A stretch of 64,000 bases of DNA. Origin: Antedon mediterranea. Its lineage: Eukaryota > Animalia > Echinodermata. Of the stretch, positions 38,320 to 50,768 are shown piece after piece. A program made the translations under genes and the position numbers. Positions within the stretch are counted from its first letter, which is position 1. The number at the start of each line of letters is the position of its first letter. The stretch is taken from assembly GCF_964355755.1 (NCBI RefSeq), contig NC_092676.1:19734871-19798870 (forward strand). Direction: 5' to 3'. The notes under the pieces were generated by a model, which did not search any database, was not told the origin of the DNA, and was given only the letters and a program-made list of their open reading frames with translations.

Positions 38320-38628
38320 ATGAAGCCTAGAGTATTGGAATCCAAACAAGAAAAATCAGCTGTCATGATGCTGCAGCCAACCGAAGATATTGCGCACGTT
38401 AACTTACCATGTGCAGGATGGCTGTTGACGCACGGACACAGGAAGGACAAGAAATGCGATGAAAAAGATTCCCACCTCCCAAAACAAGGTTTGTTCTCTT
38501 CGCTACGAAAAAAATCTGACAAGAAAGTCTGGGAAAGCAAGAGTAAAGATGACGAGCTGGAAGACGTTTCACATGCGAATCAACGCTGTGCAGGATGGCG
38601 CTTGACACACGGTCATCGAAACAAGTGA
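38320..38628 (+). CDS. Uncharacterised 102-aa protein with two EDxxHxNxxCAGWxLTHGHR motifs, nested antisense in the ZUP1 intron
   Basis: ATG at 38320 (ataATG), TGA ending at 38628. The internal repeat is conserved in protein with synonymous differences (e.g. ACG CAC GGA CAC vs ACA CAC GGT CAT). TATA promoter upstream; AATAAA at 38631 and 39242. Confidence 0.8.
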   Translation: MKPRVLESKQEKSAVMMLQPTEDIAHVNLPCAGWLLTHGHRKDKKCDEKDSHLPKQGLFSSLRKKSDKKVWESKSKDDELEDVSHANQRCAGWRLTHGHRNK

Positions 38629-41600
38629 ACAATAAACGAACTTGAAAACACTTGCAGAAAAAACTGTAATAGTATAAAATACACTGGTGACTTTTACAGA
38701 AAATTTTTAAGTGTCAATTCGAGTAGATGATGCGACCAAGAAAAAGAGGAAAACCATTTCAGATGTGTTTGGTACCCAAATTGAGGATGAGAAGAGGAGA
38801 AAAAGTGACGATGTATAGAAGATAAACATTTTAATACCGTCGCATAACTGGAGATTACATCACTCCATGCCATTGACTTATTATAATGTATCTGATTTAT
38901 GTTTATACTTTCAAATGCATGTCAACATCTATAATATTTCATGCATTTTATAACCTTTAATTTTAAACGTAATAGAAGCCTAAATATAAATACCTTGTTT
39001 AAATGGTGCTTTTAGTATACCAGTAGGTTAAGCATATTTTTGGCTAATTTTCAAGATCAAAAACGAAAAAGGTTAAAGGTTGAATATTATGTCCACAAAC
39101 TGTTAAATGATATTGTTTATATTGTAGCACAACCAAACGTTTTTTTGCAAGATTGTTAACAATTTTTAAACATTTAAAACGCTTTGAATAATAACTTGAT
39201 ATAATGCATAAAGTAATTTATATAGATTTGTAGAATAAGTGAATAAAAATATCATGAAAATTAAAAAACGTATTAAACAAAAACATTTGTTAGTAAATCT
39301 TGACAGATAGATAGTACTGTTTGATATTGAATGTTTTTAATCTTTATTCATTTATTCCTGGATTTTAAAAAAGTCTAGTTCACCGTAATTAATGTTGTAT
39401 TGTTGTATACTAAGAAAAGTTAATTAAAGTGCAGTATTTTTAAAATTAATGTTATTAATGTTATTACAAATTTGGTATTGAAGAATGACAGAGTATAAGA
39501 GTATGCAGGCATTTGAACCGATATATTGATTAGAAAATAAAAAAATTATTAAGGAAGTTAAAATATTGATTATTGTTGATTTATTTCATTGTCTTGGACA
39601 TGTACGATGTAATTGACTGACATTAATGACAATGACGAAATATTGTTGTTAGTGTTACTGGTTACGCGTCAAGCTGGACATCAAATTTGGAAATCGCTAA
39701 AACAACGCAGAGACACACTGACGAAAATACAACCATGGAGACACTATACTACATTATATACATTTATGTGAGATGGGTTTGTATCCACCTTTGATCTTAA
39801 GGTAATTACTTATTACTGTATTTAATGTCAACCTACTTTCAAACATTATTCATCAAAGAATATGGGTAAATTGCAGAAAATAATAATTGGAAAATGGAAA
39901 AATAAAGATATAAAATAGAAGTGTCTGCAGTTTACCATTCCTCCCAATAGGATATAATGTTTGTATAAAATATAGTATTCATTTCATTTACACAATTTCA
40001 TTTAGTATTTTTACACACATATTTTAGATTCATTTTAAATACATCGTTGTACATTGCATAAAAGTATTTGAACAAAATTGTTGGGATTCCTACTAGTTCT
40101 GGTATTAAAAATCTTTCTATAATTTTCTGAGTAATTCAGTTTCAATTTTATTGAAAATATAAATTTCATCTGACATAATGATAGGTGTTTTTTTTCTCGA
40201 TAGGGTTAGATAGTAGCTATAATAATATCAAATATTTTTACATAAATTAATAAATACTGAAATTATAACAAAATAAAATAATATTTATCAATGTTTTATT
40301 AAATTATAGGGTTTATATAGTAATATTTTATATTAGACTTGCTACAGTATACATACAATAAAAATAATATTTTTACATAAATTAATAATATGTAATAAAA
40401 TGAATAACGTATTCAATTTTTTTTAATCAAATGTATAGAGATGAAGATAGTAAAACTGGCATTTAAATATACAATATCAGTTTTTATGGACAAATTTAGC
40501 CATGGTGATATAATGCAGGAAGTACAGCGTACAGTGAACCAGACTCGATGCATTTCGCAATAACAGTCAGGTATTTCTCTTTTGTGTTAGTCAGAATAGA
40601 CACAGCTGAGATGATTGTGAAATACCATGTGAATGTCATGCCCTGTAATTTTGCAATAGTCTAAATTAAAAACAGGTCACATATAAATTTAATTAGAAAA
40701 TTCTCAAAAAAATACAGTATGGGCCTGTTTCTATTGAAAAATAAAAAAAGAACGGTTTTAAAATAAAGTAAAATTTTTTAAATAATAATTTATGGATTTA
40801 TATTTTTTATACTCTTTTTAAAAAAATAAATTAAAGGCCAATCAAGGAACTAACATAATCTTTAATTATGTTTATCATCAATGATAGATTATTATGTAAA
40901 ATATTGTATATAATATCTGTTTATTACTATAGGCCTACATGTTTATAAAATATCAATTTTTCTAATATAAAACGTCTCAGCAAAATTCTATCTACATACA
41001 ATTGTTTTTGTGGTCAAATTTCAACATTCAAATGTTGGTTTAGAATAAACACACATAGGACCTATCTATTGAATTTGAAAACAGACTTACTACGGTACTG
41101 TTGATAAGCATACAGCAGTTATTACAAAATGTGAAAATCCTATATGTACTGTATAATTTAATATATATAAATGTACAGCAGTAGTGCATTGCTGTGTTCA
41201 ATTGTCATATTCATAATATGCAGTACACTATTGTGTGTTATCACATACGGACATGAAAATGCCACAATCAATGTTCATTAACTAGCTATGGTGACAATCT
41301 ATCTAATTACATTACAGCAATAATATTAAAGATTTCTTTATTAATAATAACAAGCATTTGACGTTAAGTCTTATAGGAAGTGAATATTACGGCCGTCATG
41401 GAAATTCAAGTGGAAAATCGATTTAAGAATCAAAACATAAAAAAAACAGATAAGAAATGAAAATCCGTCTTCCATTTCCCTCCTCATCCCCAAATGGTGA
41501 GACACAAGAAAATATTTGATAGTGATAATAGAAGATAGATGATCAAGCATAGATGCTTTAGAATTTATTTTACTAGACAGGAGATTTCTTTCAGGGAACT

Positions 41601-42405
41601 TTTAAGCACATGTTTTGCCTCAACTCCCAGTCATACAAATAACAGGAACAAGTACTAGAAATTGGGTTTCCACTGATGACACACAAACAATATGGGAAAC
41701 TGATAAAAATAATTGGAGGAAAAGATCTACAAAGAAGGAAATAGTTGCCTATTAAATACAGTAAGTGAATGGCGAAAGATATTAATTGAATGAAAGATAC
41801 AGTACATGGTTTTGGATCAATATTGGCATGGTAACACATGGTTATGCAATAACACTATAAAATTGCATATTTTGTATTTGTGAATTCATTTTAGGGCCCA
41901 TTCCTATTGAGCAAGATAATAATGGAATTAGAAGAATGTTTTCTTCCTTTCCAATAGAAATGGGTCATTTTAAAAAAACTACAAAAAGGACTGATTTTAA
42001 TTACGGTCTAAGTGGAACAATTTTTTTGCTGCAATGCAATCGCATTATATCAATTTGACCTAAGCTCAGCAGATCTCAATATGGCATGACCATTTGACAA
42101 CTTTCTGTGGATAATAATGACATCATTCAACCATAGAGGTGCCTCCATGATCCAACCTCGATTGATCACCAAAATGAGAAACCAATTAGTTTACCGTATG
42201 ATCTTTGTAAAATATTAATTAATTAACAACTAAAACTGGTTTTAGAAGGAAACCGTTCTTTTGGGGATTTCAAAGGCTTACTTTCTACACTGTATACTCT
42301 AAAACTGATGGGGTCATTTTGCACATTCAGAATCAGCTAATGTCAAGAATTTCGAACAAAATATCAAGGCAATCAAAGGTAGAATAAACACCTTTTCACA
42401 TCAAT

Positions 42406-43256
42406 GGCCCCGTTTCTGCTGCCAAAAATATACCGTATATATACGGTACATTTTATATACGGTATATTTTTTGGTAGCAGAAACGGGTCTCATAAAAAAT
42501 ATACCGTATATATATGCGGTATATATACCGCATAAATATTCCCATCGTTTGTGGATATTATACGGTATATTCCAAAATATACCGTATATTTCGTACCCCG
42601 TTTCTGCTGCACTCAAAATATACCGTATATGTGATCCGAGGTCAAAAATAACAGAGCGTGACGCGTTTGTTTGGTTTTTCTGCTGCATTGACACACACGT
42701 GTATACAGTAAGCAAGCAACAGATCAAAATGTCACTGTGGACTGAAGAAATAACTATTTTTGCAATTCAATTGTGGGGAGAAGCGAAGGTTGGGGGAAGA
42801 CTGCATGGCACCAAAAGAGATACCGAGATTGACAAAAGTATCTCACACAAAATAAAAGCAGAATTTGTGGTAGACTTAAAGCCAAAGTCATCGGCAAACG
42901 CCGTCGTCTTCTTTGCATAAATCTAGTCAATGTCCATTCTACATTTCTAGATTGTGTGTGCGGTGTAAATTCGTTGCCACTTCTGCTCATTAGATTTAAA
43001 ATAGAAAGCAATGCTACAACAAAGTTTTGAGAAACCATCATTATTTTGTTTTTGTCGGATATAAACCTCACTACACGAGACTCTAGATCAATCCATACTT
43101 CCGTCTCACGAAATGCATTTTTGGTAATGAAAGCCAACTTTTTTACAGCCCACCCACAAAGTATGTGCAGCGGAAACGGTGCACGAATTTCATATACGGT
43201 ATATTTATACGGTATATTTATACGGTATATTTGGGATTGGCAGCAGAAACAGGGCC
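42406..43256. mobile_element. Internally deleted PIF/Harbinger transposon
   Basis: TIRs ggccc.gtttctgctgccaa, 3-bp TSD aat, ataccgtat subterminal repeats, internal Myb/SANT-like fragment. Confidence 0.88.
42729..42920 (+). pseudogene. Truncated Myb/SANT-like (trihelix) DNA-binding protein of Harbinger
   Basis: MSLWTEEITIFAIQLWGEAKVGGRLHGTKRDTEIDKSISHKIK fits the WTxxE..LIxLW pattern of Myb_DNA-bind_4-type domains; truncated. Confidence 0.7.
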
Positions 43257-44100
43257 AATAAGGAGCCCAGATGATAAGTGATAACTGTAGAACAGAGGTA
43301 CAGTGTCATAAAAAACCAATGTTTAGATAATCCACCTGTTGGAATTTTCCATCCAATAAAAAAATGATACTGTAACATCAACTCTATAAATAAAAATATA
43401 TTACTTCAATTTAGTTTTCCCCAAAAATACTTAAGATGCAAACGAATGTTTAATTTTGTATATTCAACTGTTTGATTTAGGTGTTTATCAAATATGTTGG
43501 GATGGAGAAGGTACAAAAATGAAGCTGCTCAGATAGAGTGGTGTGATCTTCAGTACGTATAAAACATTCCGAGATTATTAAAGTTGAATTCAAACATCAC
43601 CCGGTGGCAACTATAGTAGATGGCAACTGACATTATGAACCATGACCCCTGCACCGCACCCACGCTCTTTTCTCTATTGGAGTTAAATACAGTCAATCTT
43701 GCAGATTAATAGGTCAACTCTAATATTTGATATAATCCTATCAGAGTTAATAATATAATATATCAAGGAAAATATAGACAAAAATGATACAGGGTGACTT
43801 AAAAACAGTCTTAAATTACACTGGCCCACTTGAGACACACACACGACAGGAATAAATGGCACAAGATAGCAAAGCACACTATGTGTAAGGACGATGAAGC
43901 ATTGATGATGAATGACAAAGAGTAAAAGACTTAAATAAACTGATCACACAAGCCTGTTTAAGGGTTCGAACAAACTCGTACTCATGATGACTTTTTCCCG
44001 TTTGCGATGAACAAACCCCACCACCATACCTCAATCCCTTACCCACCCTTGTAAAAATCCTGGCTTTGAGCTTGAGCACTTACGATGGATGTACAGTAAC

Positions 44101-44960
44101 TACCGTATATTTCGGTGTATAAGGTGCACCTGTATATAAGACGCACCCCCTAACTGAGAGTAAAAAATCGGTATTTTTTATATCGTCGATGTATAAGACG
44201 CACTTTATATTTCATCAAAACAATGTTTTTTTAAATTGTAATCAATAATTATTGTAATAATATATTTTGTTATATCTACAACGGCGTCCTTTATTTAGGT
44301 TTTTTCTTACCTAGGCTCGGCCGCGCCCAGCCTCAACAAGTTGTTTCTAACTTGTTATTCATGCATGAGTTTCGCACCTGCAACATTGAGTGCATGACCG
44401 TGTGTGTAACACGCACGTGTGTGGGCTAGCCTCGCTCGATCATTTCGAGAGGGCGCAAGTTTTCATGGACAATCGTATTCGATTAGTATCTATGTATCCG
44501 AGAAGTGTGTATGCTAGGTCCATGTTATAATCACCTGGAGAATATACTAGTCGAATACCGTACACCATGTGGCCGCCAAGAAGGGCTTGCGCTGGGGGTA
44601 CGACAGTCGGCGATCGTGCGTATAACTATAAATAAATACTAGGGCCTAGGCCTATTCCAATCGTAAACGTTTACAAATGAAATCTTATCAGAGTGCCTAA
44701 AACAGCTCCATAATGAACAAATCTTTTCATCATATATAGTATAACATCACGCTAAAATGCCTTGAAAACTAGGCAGAAGCAGGTTGCCGTTACATTAGTA
44801 CACTGTAGCTATGTCTAGCCTACTCAGGCCTAGCCAACGAGGTGACGATATGTACAATCTGTGTGGTGAGGCATTTATGTTCAGTGTATAAGACGCACCC
44901 TTAATTTAGAGGTCAAATTTGCGTGTCAAAAGTGCGACTTATACACCGAAATATACGGTA
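44101..44960. mobile_element. pogo/Tc1-mariner-type non-autonomous element
   Basis: TA|ccgtatatttcggtgtataag ... cttatacaccgaaatatacgg|TA with internal tataagacgcac repeats. Confidence 0.9.
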
Positions 44961-45416
44961 GAATATGATTAGGATCAGCTTACTTCAATCCACACCTGCT
45001 TAAACTCTAGAGTGTGCGTATGAACACAGTATAGAGACAGGCTATGGAAGGCGACAGTTAACACAAGTTGTCTTGAACAAAATAACATGCATTGATGAAT
45101 CAGTTTAAGTCTAAACAATAGAGGTGATTTGAATGCTAGTGAATAGTAAATTATTATATTAAACTTAACAACAACAGCTGTATGTTTGAACCCTGAATGA
45201 CAACTGATCAAAGTGTTAAATAAACATGATGATGAACAATATCAATAACATGTGGTACAGTATTATTGCTAATAACTTATGGAGTATTTTGAACAATAAC
45301 AACACTATTTACACTTGCTGACCTATAATTGTTGATATGATAAATATACAAATAATGAAAGTTTATGAGTGTGATGATGATACACATAATTTCATGAAGT
45401 TACAGGGCTAGCCACC

Positions 45417-45712
45417 GGGTGTCTCGAAAACAGAGACCAGAGATCCGAGACCCAGGGTCTCTGTTTTCAAGAAAAAACGTAATATTGACTTAATATTGAG
45501 ACGTTTTAGTGGGGGTCTCTGGTTACGAGTTTTTCTCGAAAACAGAGACCCCCTATATAATAACGTATTATTTAGACGTTTTAGTGGGGGTCTCTGTTTT
45601 CGAGAACTCGAAAACAGAGAACCCCTATATTACATAATATTGAGACGTTTTAGTGGGGGTCTCTGTTTTCGAGTAAACCCTGGGTCTTGGGTCTCTGGTC
45701 TCTGTTTTCGAG
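45417..45712. mobile_element. Mutator-like MITE related to 16415-16858, right end truncated
   Basis: gggtgtctcgaaaacagagacc start, three internal agacgttttagtgggggtctctg units, inverted ggtctctgttttcgag end. Confidence 0.75.
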
Positions 45713-46040
45713 GTCTCTGCAATCATTCAATCAAATTGCCATTTGTGTATTATGGTGGTTGTGGTCAATTAAATTGAATATAAATATTGCTAATTAAATG
45801 TCTGTCTACTTGGTGATGGCAAGATTCACCTGTTTATACAGTATAGTATCATTTTTATCAGTCACTTGCGTGTGGTAACCCTCATCTTAAAGTCAAATTT
45901 GCTTCAGCAAAACTGGCAGAAGATCGATTTTGTTCTATTAGTATTAAACTAGATAAATTAACAAGCACGAATGTGCAATACTCGGGGTACAGCGAAAGAA
46001 GCTGTATACAGACGAATACAGTTAGAAAGTAAAGAAAATA

Positions 46041-46111
46041 GGTTTCGCCAGGGCTCGAACCGGGACCTTCTGCGTGTTAAGCAGACTTGACAACCACTAC
46101 ACTACGAAACC
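46041..46111 (-). tRNA. tRNA-Val(AAC), probably a pseudogene
   Basis: GGTTTCGTAGTGTAGTGGTTGTCAAGTCTGCTTAACACGCAGAAGGTCCCGGTTCGAGCCCTGGCGAAACC: acceptor and anticodon stems intact, D- and T-stem defects. Confidence 0.8.
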
Positions 46112-46323
46112 TCTTACATTAAAAATGTGGGTTACAGAAAGTTTTTTAATCCATTTAAATTACAAATAAATGGTAATAAGCACAAAGCAAAATAAACATG
46201 TGTAAAAGTGATAATTACCGATTACACAAAATAAGTATTTTAAAAAATAATAAAAATAAGATATACTCTGTATAATTATCATATTGCGTATACAGTACTT
46301 TTCACCATAAAGTTTAAAAAAAA

Positions 46324-46395
46324 GGTTTCGTCCGGGCTCGAACCAGGTACCTTCTGCGTGTTAAGCAAACGTGATAACCACTACGCCAAGAATCC
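46324..46395 (-). pseudogene. tRNA-Val(AAC) pseudogene
   Basis: GGATTCTTGGCGTAGTGGTTATCACGTTTGCTTAACACGCAGAAGGTACCTGGTTCGAGCCCGGACGAAACC followed by a T run; acceptor-stem mismatches. Confidence 0.8.
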
Positions 46396-49300
46396 GCATA
46401 TAACCATATAACTACATAACGCTGTGGTGTGTGTCACACATTGTGGCTTCTTAATTAAACAAATTAATTAACAAAAAATTAAAAATCCGGCTCTATAGCT
46501 TTGAGGACATGTCCCTGTAGTATGTTAATGCCAAATCCCAGCTCAATACTATAACGAATAAGGGAGGAGTAGTACTTTAAAAATCGCACTTTTTACTCAA
46601 TAGTGTCCAGATGGAGGAAGAGAAGGAGAAAATGAGTAAGTACTAGACTCGGGTACCCTGAGTAAAAACCCTCACATTGGGATAAAGCGAAGTGCAAGGT
46701 TATTTTAGTTTACGGATTCTTTACGATCAACAGTTGAATGTTTGCAAGAGCAAATCTGTTGTTGAGAGCTGATGTTCTTTATAAACACAGCAACCCCCAT
46801 ACTTAAAATTTGATTTACACCCGTTCAAAAACAAACTGGCAGGGTAGTGGTGTTTAGGTGAAAAGGTCAAGTAATCTTATATACAGTTGACAAATTGAGC
46901 TGTTGCCCATTGGAAGATTGATGGGATGTTTATCAGAGTGTTAAAAAAGTTTTTCGAAAAGTCAAGGAATAACTTGAACCAGGGAGGCATTTCAAAGATG
47001 ACACCAACCTCAAGGGGGACAGGTTGTATGGAGTTTCAATAGAGGCACAGTAATCCATTGTATTAAACTAATGACATTTTCACTGGTATTTGCCTGCCAA
47101 GTCTTTCTGTGCTAGCAAAATTACAAGCCTGTATGTAGTCAGGATTTTTTTAATTTTTTCACAAAGGGACAAAATCGTCAAAAGTAGGCAAGTAGTCTAT
47201 TTACCATTAATTCCCCTGCTTTCTCTAGTTGAAAATGGCACTTCAGGAAAAGGAGAAGGGTGGGAGGATGTTGGTTTTTTGGGGGGGTTGGTTGTGGGAA
47301 CCCTAAAAAAATGTATTGTTATTTATAGATAAAAGTAGATGGTTAACTGAACCAGTAATTGTCACTGTAGGTAATTTAAAATTATTTTTAGGATAACGAA
47401 CAATAATACAAATGACACATGATTATCACATGATTTCAAAATTATATCACATGAAACTGAAAGCATAATAATGCAGATCACATGACAATAGAAAACGCTA
47501 AAAACCTAATTTATCCAACAAAATTGTACAAGTTTAGTGACGCATAAACATTGAAATAATTTTTAAAATCAATAATAATATTTGTAATTTAACGTAAAAA
47601 TGTTATCGATTTTGGTCTTGCACAATATTAAGTACACTGAACTATTGAACTCTTGAGTAAATTATACCATAATTACGACAGGAATTCTATAAATAGCACA
47701 AACCAGTAATTTTATACAGAATAAAAGATGTATAACATGTTGTATTGACATTAAAATATTATTCTGTAATACACAGAATAAAAAATTCTTATTATTTAAT
47801 TTATTTTAATAATTCAGTCATTTCCTTTAACATAAATGAAACACTAGCATTTTCCACAAAAACAACCTAAATTCTTAACATTTTAATGATGATGCAGGTT
47901 GGATTAATATATAATATTTATATATATTTATATATTTATTTATTATAAATATTATATGAAGATAAAACTGCCATAGTATACGGTATGTCCTTCCATCCGA
48001 CGTTAAATAAAAATAAATTTTGCCCGTCTCAGAATACGTTCTTTTCGTGTTGATCCTATTAAAAATTGAACCAAGCAAGATGAATAAAGTTGGTTTTATC
48101 CCCTAATTTCATTCATAATTAATACATAAATATTTAGACTAGCATTTAGATTGCCTTGTTATACTCCTTATACTAGCATGAACCATGTGTTTAGTTTTGT
48201 ATTCTATTCATAGGCAGTTTCAGGTTGGTTCCATCGATCACCCTCACCACTTTTATGGAAAAGTAAAAAAAAAAAAAAATAAGGAAAAGAGCTTCTAGAA
48301 AAATATCTAAGATTTTTTAGGATATTAATTTTGTTTGCACTTCCTCATTTCTTAGGAAAATTGTTTAAAAAAGTACATACAATGTAATTAAAATTACTGA
48401 CATTACAAATAAATACATTAATATTAAAAAGATTTTCCAGGATAGCTCAAAAAGCTTATTACTGTAGCTTACTTCCGTTGGGATTAAAGCTCTCAAGAAT
48501 AGATAATGTTGCGGGAACAAAAAAACCCTACAAGTACCTTTACTAAACTTTATTCCAGAAGTAGTTCTTTCTGGTAAGGATCCAAGATTCCAGGGAAATT
48601 AAAGATTAACAGGTCAAAAAGAAGGTTCAAAGAGGGAATGTTTTTAAGGATTAAAAACTTGTCCGCCAACCCAACAACTTCCTATATATATCCAGTATAT
48701 CCTCCGTGCCTTTTGACCCAAGTTCAGCAAGTTGAAATGTTATTCACGGTCAAAAAATATGTTATTTTTTTCCAATTTTTCTACTTAAAAAAAAAGGAAA
48801 AATTTCATCGAGTGCAGTAGATCTTTAATACATCAAGATAACAATTAACAGTATTTTTAATAGGCGATATATAGTATTGAAGAAAATAATGCGTTATAAT
48901 TTTTTTTGGCAACATTTTGGAGCAATGAAAGGACGCTACCCGCCCCATCAATTAATATAGGGGAGGAGAGGCAAATAATGAAAAGGATGGCAGAGCAACA
49001 AAAACAATTTTGGAAGGAGGATTATTAAAAATGGTGATAGAAGGAAGGGTACAGTATAAAGGTAAAACAAGAAGAGGAAGGTTCACAAAAACAGTAAGTT
49101 CCCCATATTATTCCTCAATTTAACAGGTGATAGGCACAATTCAAACATGGTCTACTTCAGCAACTATACAGTATTATCATCCCATTTTAACTACTCTAGT
49201 CTTAATGTTTCGGTTTCTTTCTCTCTATCCCTCTTAAGCTAAGACAAGCATAAATTTGTTCGTTATTTTTCGTCAATTTTAGCCTTAAAAGAAATGCGTT

Positions 49301-50768
49301 CATGCTTTACATTTTGTTACTGTAAGGGATGAGGTTCCAGGGATGTGTTAATTGCAGCATGCAGGCTTCTGGACGTGCTTCAGCTGATAGATGAGATCCA
49401 GGGGCCATTATTAAACAAATAGCTATCTATCTGCATACAATGATTTTAACCTAAGTCCAGGGATTGTGTTTACAACTCGTTGACATCATTTGTATTGCAG
49501 GAATGATGATGAATCAGATACGGGATATTCAAAAATTGTTCAATAACAACATCTACTACCATTTCATTACAAAAGTTAATTCGGTATGATTAGAATAATG
49601 AAATTGATACTTCACATTTTGAGAGTCTACATCTTGAAAATCTGTATATTTGTGACTTACCATCTATAGTACCTTTTAATCAGTTAATTTGTACAGAAAA
49701 AAATTGTTTTTAAATGAAAGTTTTTTCTTCAGAACAAAATGAAAACTTAACTACCTAAAGGCTGCAAATGAATCTTGAAATACATAATGTCTATTGATAT
49801 TGATAATTGCAAACATTTTAACATTACAAGTATTGTTCTATAGTATAAGTCCAAATATGTTGACCAATTTAAAACCCATAGCCTGTAAACCTGAACCAGT
49901 AACTCTCTCATTTTGATCATTTAATTATCAAAGAAATTGTTAGTTATATGGGCCAGGGTTCCAATGTTGATGGCCAGTAAAATTAGGTTCAAGCTGAAAA
50001 AACTGGTGGGCTGGTTATAAATAATATTTGGACATCATCTGAATATTATAAAAGAGACTAAACTCAACATCAGCTCAAACAGAAAACATTTACACATTTA
50101 TAATTGTGTTATTATATTATTAATTATTATGGATCATGTGAGACACAAAAACATTAAGACCACTGTGGGAAGAGCACACCTCCCAAACATGTACGTATAA
50201 TTTAACAAAATTGTGAATTTTCATTATGTAATTGTAGGTAGGGAGAAAAAAAAAGAGCACAGATATCATTTTTGTAGGTGAAAATACGATAACCCAATTC
50301 ATTTTGATACCATAATGAATTACTCCTCTAGCGAGATATGGGATACGAAATATCAGATAAGACCAATGGCTATTATGAAACCATCTGTAACACATACTGT
50401 ACTGTTATGAAAGTACCTGGGAAAAGTTATTAAAATATAAACTCTCAACAAAACCTGAGGCAAAACATACATTAATAAATACCATTAAAAAATGATAGCT
50501 GCAGGCAGGCATGGAAGGCACGTATTTCATAGTAGGACTACGTTTAATGGGTACCTAGAAAATCTGTTTACTATTTTTGAAATATGAACTACTTTTTAAT
50601 AGGGAAATCACTCATAACAAAAATACCTTCTGTCTTCTTGGACATCCAGATATTTACAAAACTGCTAATTTATGATGTTAAACTCTACATAAAAACATCA
50701 TTTTAAAATACCTTCGTTGAATTCCCTTTTTTGGGAGACCCCTATTAAATGGGAAATACATGTTTTAA

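Larger units (their letters stand above)
45958..46667. mobile_element. Probable non-autonomous Helentron (HINE/DINE-like)
   Basis: Starts (t)aacaag; subterminal inverted motif tactcggggtac / gtaccctgagta; terminal hairpin actcgggtaccctgagt followed by an A run; no TSD. Confidence 0.5.

Noticed and set aside
38320-38628. Neuropeptide precursor or Bearded-family reading of the orphan
   Set aside because: No signal peptide, no amidation Gly directly before the basic sites, and no NxxN Neuralized-binding motif.
38130-38632. Minus-strand 136-aa and 77-aa ORFs
   Set aside because: Shadows of the plus-strand gene; the conserved repeat and the promoter fit only the plus frame.
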